A stretch of DNA of 64,000 bases, from positions 160,001-224,000 of the forward strand of contig OZ223267.1 in the NCBI GenBank assembly GCA_965140585.1, written 5' to 3'. The stretch is from Spirochaetia bacterium (GTDB lineage: Bacteria > Spirochaetota > Spirochaetia > UBA9216). Below are positions 57,558-64,000 of the stretch, in pieces (the first letter of the stretch is position 1; each line of letters begins with the position of its first letter). The notes under the pieces were generated by a model that was not told the DNA's origin, did not search any database, and saw nothing but the letters and a program-made list of their open reading frames with translations. Made by a program: the position numbers and the translations under genes.

Positions 57558-58970
57558 TCGTTCGCCGACGCCGTAATACTTCATTTTCCGGACTATAGTA
57601 GACTGGCTTATCTCAAGTGCGGCTGCCATTTTTCTTGTGAACCGGTATTTCTGCCAGGCATTGCTAATAAGCTTTTTTTCTAAGGCTTCAACTGCTTCAG
57701 TCAGCGGCTGTATGTGCACGGATAATCCCTCAGGCTTTATAATAACTTCCTCTTTAATATAATCAGACAGATCCTCCCTGGTTATAAGTTTTCCGGAGGA
57801 GAGAACTGCTATTCTTTCAATTGTATTCTCCAGCTCCCTGGTATTTCCGGGCCAGTCGTAGGATTCAAGCAGAACAAGGGCTTCAGGAGAAAACCGCAGC
57901 TGTTTATTAAATTTGAGATTGAAGACCTCTATGAAATGATTTATCAGCGGGATAATATCATCCCTGCGCTCCCGGAGAGGCGGAATATGAATAGGTACAA
58001 CATTCAGTCTGTAATAGAGATCCTGGCGGAATGTTCCTTCCTGCACCATTTTTTTCAGGTTTTTATTGGTGGCTGATATAATTCGTACATTAATCTTAAT
58101 TGGTTTCCGGCCCCCGATACGGGTAATTTCCTTTTCCTGTATGGCTCTCAGCAGTTTAACCTGCAGGTTCAGACTAATATCACCTATTTCATCGAGAAAG
58201 AGGGTTCCGCCCTCGGCTACCTCAAAAAGTCCCTGCTTTCCGCCGCGATCAGCTCCGGTAAACGAACCTTTTTCGTAGCCGAATAGTTCACTTTCAAGAA
58301 GATTCTCGGGAATAGCGCTGCAGACCGCGGTGATAAGCGGCTTATTCACACTCGTTCCGGCATTATGGATAGCCCGTGAAATTATTTCCTTTCCTACTCC
58401 GGATTCTCCTGTTATGAGGACGGTGGAATCGACTTCACCAAGTCTGAGGGCAAATTTCATAATGTCTTTCATCTGCTGTGATGAAATAATGACGTGCTCC
58501 ATTTTCATCTGCTGAAGCCGGAGATTAAGAACCTCCATACGGTAAAGTTCATTTCTTTTTTCCGTCTGGGCAAGGCGCGTTTCAAGATTTTTAAGATCGG
58601 CCATATCCCGGAGAGTTGTAACAACACGGGTGATATTTCCGCTTTCATCGAAGATAGGCGTACCGGTTAGAATCACTTCCTTCCCGTTGGGGAGGGTTTC
58701 AGCAACGCTTGTAGTTGCTCTGGATTCGAGAACCAGGGTGCTGACTGATTTGTTATACACACCGGTTTCTACAAGCTCATCGACAGTCTTACCGGTAGTT
58801 TCTGATGATTTTATTCCTGTGATGTCTTCGAAGGCTTTATTTGTGCGCAGTGTAATTCCGTTGCCGTCTGTGATATATATGCCGTCTGTCACTGAATCAA
58901 TAATGGTGTCAAGCTCTCTGATAAGCTGCTGCCTGTTGGCAAGTTCAGCTTCAAGTTCTTTGATTTTCAA
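57546..58970 (-). CDS. PAS-AAA+-HTH sigma54 enhancer-binding protein
   Basis: PAS domain; GESGVGKE, ESELFGY..GSFTGA, LFLDEIG, RQDLYYRLNV, WPGN.REL. Confidence 0.92.
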   Translation of the reverse strand: MKIKELEAELANRQQLIRELDTIIDSVTDGIYITDGNGITLRTNKAFEDITGIKSSETTGKTVDELVETGVYNKSVSTLVLESRATTSVAETLPNGKEVILTGTPIFDESGNITRVVTTLRDMADLKNLETRLAQTEKRNELYRMEVLNLRLQQMKMEHVIISSQQMKDIMKFALRLGEVDSTVLITGESGVGKEIISRAIHNAGTSVNKPLITAVCSAIPENLLESELFGYEKGSFTGADRGGKQGLFEVAEGGTLFLDEIGDISLNLQVKLLRAIQEKEITRIGGRKPIKINVRIISATNKNLKKMVQEGTFRQDLYYRLNVVPIHIPPLRERRDDIIPLINHFIEVFNLKFNKQLRFSPEALVLLESYDWPGNTRELENTIERIAVLSSGKLITREDLSDYIKEEVIIKPEGLSVHIQPLTEAVEALEKKLISNAWQKYRFTRKMAAALEISQSTIVRKMKYYGVGERADS

Positions 58971-59095
58971 TTCGGCCTCCGTCTGAATATTAGCACTGAT
59001 TCATAAATAACTCAACTGAACTGAATATGAATCAGCGTTCCTTCTGATTTTGGGTTGAACAACTGAAAAAAGGGTAAATTCAGGCCTTTTTGTGC

Positions 59096-59111
59096 TGGCA
59101 TGCTTCTTGCA
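59096..59111 (+). promoter_or_regulatory. Sigma54 -24/-12 promoter of the kamDE operon
   Basis: TGGCAT-GCTTC-TTGCA. Confidence 0.8.
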
Positions 59112-59156
59112 TTAAAATTTAAAGATAAATAGCAAGTTACCTTCGGAGGTTTCCTT

Positions 59157-60719
59157 TTGGAAGAAAAAATACGAATAGATAAGGATCTACTTGGCAGATG
59201 CAGAGATGCCGCTGTCAGAATTTCCGATAATGTTATGTCGTCCATAACCGGCCGTACCACTACCTCGGTTGAACGAACAATTGCCAGGCTGCTGGGGATA
59301 GACGGTGTGGATGAGCAGGGAATACCGCTGCCCAATGTTCTTGTTGAACAGCTTAAGACGCATGGAAAACTTGATGACGGAATCTTTTACTGGTTAGTAA
59401 ATGCGATGATAGAGACCGGTAAATCACCGCGGGAAATAGCTTTGGCTGTAGGAAAGGGAGAGTATGTAATAACAGACTCAAGGCAATATTCCGACGATGA
59501 AATCCGGCGTACTGCCGGTCCGCTTCTTGAAGAGCGTATTAGTCTTTTTGATGAATCTATTGAGCTGAGGAAAGAGCTTCATTCAAAATATCCTGCAGGG
59601 ATGACGCCTCTTCTGTACGTCATTGTCGCTACTGGCAATATATACGAGGATACAGTGCAGGCTAAAGCCGCCGCAAGGCAGGGGGCTGATATAATTGCAG
59701 TTATCCGTACAACGGCCCAGAGCCTTCTTGATTACGTCCCCTTCGGACCAACAACCGAGGGCTTCGGCGGAACCTATGCTACTCAGGAAAATTTCCGCAT
59801 TATGAGAAAGGCTCTGGATGAGGTCACCGAAGAAACCGGAAGATACATTCACCTTGTTAATTATGCTTCGGGACTCTGCATGCCCGAGATTGCAGTTATG
59901 GGTGCCTTTGAAGGCCTTGATATGATGCTCAACGACGCAATGTATGGAATCCTGTTCCGTGACATCAACATGCAGCGGACATTCATCGATCAGTACTTTT
60001 CAAGGATGATAAATGCCTGCGCAGGGATAATTATAAATACGGGTGAGGACAATTATCTGACTACAGCTGATGCTATTGAAAACGGTCACACTGTTCTTGC
60101 ATCACAGTTTATAAACGAGGAACTTGCCCTGCGCTCGGGGATGCCCAAGCATCTTATAGGACTGGGGCACGCCTTTGAGATTAATCCGGAAAAGGAAGAC
60201 GGCTTTCTGCTTGAAATAGCACAGGCACAGCTTATAAGGCAGATATTTCCGGAATGCCCGATAAAGTATATGCCGCCAACAAAGTATATGACCGGAAATA
60301 TCTTTAAGGGGCATATTATGGACGGGATGTTCAATCTGGCTTCTGTGATGACCGGGCAGAGTATTCAGCTGCTGGGAATGATGACAGAAGCCATTCACAC
60401 TCCCTTTATTCAGGACAGGGCACTCAGTATCCAGAACGCAAAATATATCTTCAACAATGCCAGGCACCTTCATGATGAAATAAGCTACCGTCCCGACGGA
60501 ATTATTCAGTCCAGAGCTGATGAGATTCTCAGACAGACCACCGATATGCTTGAAACAGTTGCGGAGAAGGGGCTGATGAAGGCTATAGAAGATAAAATGT
60601 TTGCCGATATTTCACGGCCCCGTGAAGGCGGTAAGGGTAATGACGGAGTTACAGGCATTAGCGCTAATTACATCAATCCATTTATGGACATCTTCAAAAA
60701 AAGGCTGGGACTGGTATGA
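59157..60719 (+). CDS. kamD: Lysine 5,6-aminomutase alpha subunit
   Basis: YVIVATGNIYED, IRTTAQSLLDYVP, NYASGLCMPEIA, NTGEDNYL, KYMPPTK. Confidence 0.95.
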   Translation: MEEKIRIDKDLLGRCRDAAVRISDNVMSSITGRTTTSVERTIARLLGIDGVDEQGIPLPNVLVEQLKTHGKLDDGIFYWLVNAMIETGKSPREIALAVGKGEYVITDSRQYSDDEIRRTAGPLLEERISLFDESIELRKELHSKYPAGMTPLLYVIVATGNIYEDTVQAKAAARQGADIIAVIRTTAQSLLDYVPFGPTTEGFGGTYATQENFRIMRKALDEVTEETGRYIHLVNYASGLCMPEIAVMGAFEGLDMMLNDAMYGILFRDINMQRTFIDQYFSRMINACAGIIINTGEDNYLTTADAIENGHTVLASQFINEELALRSGMPKHLIGLGHAFEINPEKEDGFLLEIAQAQLIRQIFPECPIKYMPPTKYMTGNIFKGHIMDGMFNLASVMTGQSIQLLGMMTEAIHTPFIQDRALSIQNAKYIFNNARHLHDEISYRPDGIIQSRADEILRQTTDMLETVAEKGLMKAIEDKMFADISRPREGGKGNDGVTGISANYINPFMDIFKKRLGLV

Positions 60720-61471
60720 GCGTAAATTCAGAAATAAGACCCTACGGAGATACTCTTAACGACGGAATGGTGCAGATAAGTTTTTCCATCCCCATGCAGG
60801 CGGGACCGGAAGCTTCTGAAGCAGCTAAACAGCTTGCTGAGCAGATGGGGCTTCAAAATGTGAGCAATGTATCAAGTCAGGATTTAAGCGAGGGATTCAG
60901 CTTTCACATTCTCTACGGTAAGTGCAGTGCTTCTGTGGACGTATCGGAAATCAGCATTCCAAAGGTCGAAACTCCGGTTCTCAGTTTCTATGAAATTAAC
61001 GATCTTATAAAAGAGAAAATCGGAAGAAAGATTAATGTTGTCGGGGCCTGCACCGGTTTTGACGCTCATACAGTAGGCCTGGATGCAATAATGAATATGA
61101 AAGGCTATGCCGGCGAATACGGTCTTGAGCGTTATCCCGAAATAAACACCTGGAATCTCGGAAGCCAGGTTCCCAATGAAGATTTGATAAAAAAGGCAGT
61201 TGAGGTGAAAGCCGATGCTATCCTCGTCTCACAGGTGGTAACTCAGAAGGATATCCATATCAAAAATCTGACGAATCTGGTTGAACTGCTTGAGGCGGAA
61301 AATATAAGAGACCGCTTTATTCTGATAGCCGGGGGCCCCCGTATAAGTCATGAGCTTGCCCTGGAACTCGGGTTCGATGCCGGCTTCGGTCCCGGCTCAC
61401 TGCCTCCAGATGTTGCATCATTTATTGCACAGCTTCTGGAGAAAAGACTGCCGGAACAGCAGGGGGTGTAG
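60716..61471 (+). CDS. kamE: Lysine 5,6-aminomutase beta subunit (B12-binding)
   Basis: PYGDTLNDG, DAHTVG (DxHxxG), SQVVTQK. Confidence 0.95.
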   Translation: MSVNSEIRPYGDTLNDGMVQISFSIPMQAGPEASEAAKQLAEQMGLQNVSNVSSQDLSEGFSFHILYGKCSASVDVSEISIPKVETPVLSFYEINDLIKEKIGRKINVVGACTGFDAHTVGLDAIMNMKGYAGEYGLERYPEINTWNLGSQVPNEDLIKKAVEVKADAILVSQVVTQKDIHIKNLTNLVELLEAENIRDRFILIAGGPRISHELALELGFDAGFGPGSLPPDVASFIAQLLEKRLPEQQGV

Positions 61472-61472
61472 A

Positions 61473-62297
61473 TTGGAAAAGCTGATAATCACCGCCGCGA
61501 TCTGCGGTGCGGAAGTTACAAAAGATGATAATCCCAATCTTCCGGTTACGGCAGCGGAGCTTGCGTCTACGGCGCTTGAAGCAGAACTTGCAGGTGCCTC
61601 GGTTATTCACCTTCATGTAAGGGATGAGCAAGGACTGCCGACCCAGAGGATACAGTACTTTAGGGCGGCAGTTGAAGCAATGAAGCAGGCCGGGGTCAGC
61701 GCGATAATTCAGCCCTCCACCGGAGGCGCCGCGGGGATGTCCGCCGCTGAACGTATAGAGGTTCTTGATCTGATTCCGGAAATGGCCACACTTGACTGCG
61801 GTACTATAAACTTCGGGGACGAGGTTTTTACCAATGATCTGCCTCTGATGAGAAATATTGCGCAGAGAATGAAGGCTGATAATATTATTCCCGAGTTTGA
61901 ATGCTTTGAAACGGGCCATATTTACAACGCCCTACGGCTTGGCAAGGATGGTCTTCTTCCGGAACATCTGCATTTCAACCTTGTTCTCGGCGTTCCGGGA
62001 GCTATGCCTGCTTCGGTAAAAAACCTGCTCTTTCTTGTTGAGCAGCTTCCACAAGGTGCTACATGGACAGCTTCCGGAATCGGATCGCATCAGCTGCCTG
62101 TTGCCCTGCATACGATGATGCTCGGAGGTCATGTCAGGGTTGGATTTGAGGACAATATTTATTACTCAAAGGGCAGGCTTGCCAAAAGCAATGCCGAACT
62201 CGTTGCTAGAATTACAAGAATTGCGGAAGAAGCCGGACGGGAGATTGCCTCCCCGGCGGAGGCCAGAGCTATACTTAATATCAGGGAGAAGAAATAA
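61473..62297 (+). CDS. kce: 3-keto-5-aminohexanoate cleavage enzyme
   Basis: LIITAAICGAE, HLHVR, STGG, HVRVGFEDN; TTG start at 61473. Confidence 0.9.
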   Translation: MEKLIITAAICGAEVTKDDNPNLPVTAAELASTALEAELAGASVIHLHVRDEQGLPTQRIQYFRAAVEAMKQAGVSAIIQPSTGGAAGMSAAERIEVLDLIPEMATLDCGTINFGDEVFTNDLPLMRNIAQRMKADNIIPEFECFETGHIYNALRLGKDGLLPEHLHFNLVLGVPGAMPASVKNLLFLVEQLPQGATWTASGIGSHQLPVALHTMMLGGHVRVGFEDNIYYSKGRLAKSNAELVARITRIAEEAGREIASPAEARAILNIREKK

Positions 62298-63332
62298 ATG
62301 AAGAAGGGAAATATTTTCGGCCTGCACAGGGTTATTGAGCCGGAAGGGGTACTGCCTCAGCCGGCTCTCAAGATAGATAATTCAATGGATATCTATGATA
62401 ACGAGATACTTATAGATGTTGATACACTTAACATAGATTCCGCAAGTTTTACACAGATAGAAAAAGCCTGCGGTGGTGATGAGAAAAAAATCGGTGAGAT
62501 GATTCTCTCTATAGTAAACGAGCGGGGCAAGATGCAGAATCCGGTTACCGGCTCAGGTGGAATGCTGATAGGGACTATTGCCGGTATCGGCGAAAAGCTG
62601 AAAGATCGTGATTTGACCGTGGGTGAAAAAATCATCAGCCTCGTATCGCTATCTCTTACGCCACTTAAGATTGAAAAGATCATCGAGGTGAAATCAGATA
62701 TCGACCAGGTGCGGGTAAAGGCTCAGGCTGTTCTGTTTGAATCGGGAATTTACGCCAAACTTCCGGAGGGGATGGAAGAATCGCTTGCCCTGGCTGTCCT
62801 TGATGTAGCCGGAGCCCCCGCACAGACGGCGAAGCTTGTTCATCCCGGTGATACAGTTCTGATAATCGGAGCCGGAGGAAAATCAGGACTGCTCTGTCTG
62901 CATGAGGCAAAAAAACGTGCGGGTGTCAGCGGAAGGGTAATAGGCCTGTCCCACAGCAAAGGCGGGGTTGAGCGTATTATTAAAACAGGCCTGGCCGATA
63001 TTGTCCTTCAGGCTGATGCATCGAAACCCGTTGAACTTTATGAAATGATCATGAAAGCGACAGACGGCAGGCTTGCCGATATCGTTATAAACAATGTCAA
63101 CGTTCCCGATACCGAGATGGGCTCAATTCTATGTACAAAAGATGAGGGCACCCTGTATTTCTTCAGCATGGCTACAAGCTTTACAAAGGCCGCTTTGGGC
63201 GCTGAGGGAGTAGGAAAGGATATCAACATGATAATCGGAAACGGATACACCAAGGACCACGCGGAAATTACACTGCAGGTTCTTAAGGAAAATCCTGTAC
63301 TCAGGAAAATGTTTGAGGAACTTTATACCTGA
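62298..63332 (+). CDS. kdd: L-erythro-3,5-diaminohexanoate dehydrogenase
   Basis: GLHRVIEP.GVLPQPA, LNIDSASF, NPVTGSGGM, LDVAGAPAQ, FFSMAT.F. Confidence 0.95.
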   Translation: MKKGNIFGLHRVIEPEGVLPQPALKIDNSMDIYDNEILIDVDTLNIDSASFTQIEKACGGDEKKIGEMILSIVNERGKMQNPVTGSGGMLIGTIAGIGEKLKDRDLTVGEKIISLVSLSLTPLKIEKIIEVKSDIDQVRVKAQAVLFESGIYAKLPEGMEESLALAVLDVAGAPAQTAKLVHPGDTVLIIGAGGKSGLLCLHEAKKRAGVSGRVIGLSHSKGGVERIIKTGLADIVLQADASKPVELYEMIMKATDGRLADIVINNVNVPDTEMGSILCTKDEGTLYFFSMATSFTKAALGAEGVGKDINMIIGNGYTKDHAEITLQVLKENPVLRKMFEELYT

Positions 63333-64000
63333 TGATACCGCAGGCAGCTGTTGAAAAATACATAAATTATAAAAGCGTAACCGGTCTTCTCTCGGAACTC
63401 GCCGGTATACACAGCCCTTATTTCAGGGAAGCCGGGATTGTAGATTTTGTTTACAGCTGGCTTGCGGACAGACATCTGCCGGCGGAGTTTCACAGTTTTT
63501 CCGAAACAAAGATTACCGGAGTAAGCGGCAGGAATGTCGTCGGCGAGCTGCGCGGAAGCAGCGGCGGTCCGAAACTTCTTATAAACGGTCATCTTGATAC
63601 AGTGGATATATGCGAGGGGTGGACAAGAAATCCTCTTGCCGCTGAAATTGCCGACGGCAGACTCTATGGTCTGGGTGCTTTGGATATGAAAGGCGGGGTT
63701 GCCGCTGCAATGCTTGCTATAGAGGCCTTCAGCATGATTAAACCGGAGTTCCGGGGATGTTTGCAGTATACATTCGTAAGCGGTGAGGAGGGACCCTACG
63801 GACTTGGAACTGATGCCCTGATTAATGACGGAATAATCAGCAGGGCCGATATCGCACTTGTTCCGGAGCCCAGCGCCGCCTTCTGCGGGGTTGCGTTTCC
63901 CTGCCTCTGCCTCGGGGCCAGGGGTGGGTGGCATTTTACTGTGAAGTTTACCGGACGCAGCGCCCATGCCGCGGCTCCTGAGGATGGGCTGAATGCGGTC
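63332..64000 (+). CDS. M20 ArgE/DapE-family deacylase (partial; missing from the ORF track)
   Basis: ATG overlaps the kdd stop (TGATG); manual translation gives NGHLDTV, GRLYGLGALDMKGG, SGEEG, VPEP, GRSAHAA. Confidence 0.85.
   Translation, partial: MIPQAAVEKYINYKSVTGLLSELAGIHSPYFREAGIVDFVYSWLADRHLPAEFHSFSETKITGVSGRNVVGELRGSSGGPKLLINGHLDTVDICEGWTRNPLAAEIADGRLYGLGALDMKGGVAAAMLAIEAFSMIKPEFRGCLQYTFVSGEEGPYGLGTDALINDGIISRADIALVPEPSAAFCGVAFPCLCLGARGGWHFTVKFTGRSAHAAAPEDGLNAV

Noticed and set aside
61350-61472. N-terminal extension of kce in the ORF track
   Set aside because: Overlaps kamE; Kce-like sequence begins at TTG 61473
63323-63967. 214-aa minus-strand ORF
   Set aside because: Shadow of the plus-strand M20 gene starting at 63332

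Overview
A 64-kb chromosomal window from a free-living, probably anaerobic spirochaete (Spirochaetaceae-like, judged from the 16S/ITS-tRNA-Ala layout and gene content). 1-18.6 kb holds housekeeping genes: dsbD, CAAX protease, PilZ protein, two HEAT-repeat paralogues, comEC, rsmA, lysine-riboswitch-controlled dapB-dapA, pta, tyrA, bactofilin, mtaB, and a lipoprotein/beta-barrel pair. 18.7-31.3 kb holds tRNA-Lys/Glu, three acidic PKD/PPC lipoproteins, a Cache-EAL protein, upp, adk and a vWA lipoprotein. 31.4-46.1 kb holds two tandem rRNA operons flanking a decayed LacI/sugar-ABC operon. 46.2-56.1 kb is an IclR-M20-S66-Dpp-M20 peptide-scavenging operon. 56.1-64 kb is a sigma54-controlled (beta-)lysine fermentation locus (kat, activator, kamDE, kce, kdd, M20). 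The most interesting observations are: (1) the three lipoproteins have a modular anchor-shaft-tip logic resembling strand-exchange type V pili; (2) the lysine fermentation operon has no kamA in view but has a coupled deacylase, suggesting N-epsilon-acetyl-beta-lysine catabolism; (3) a 5S-shaped RNA lies behind each 5S gene; (4) the lysine riboswitch appears to act through a coupled uORF. All calls come from reading the sequence; no searches were run.
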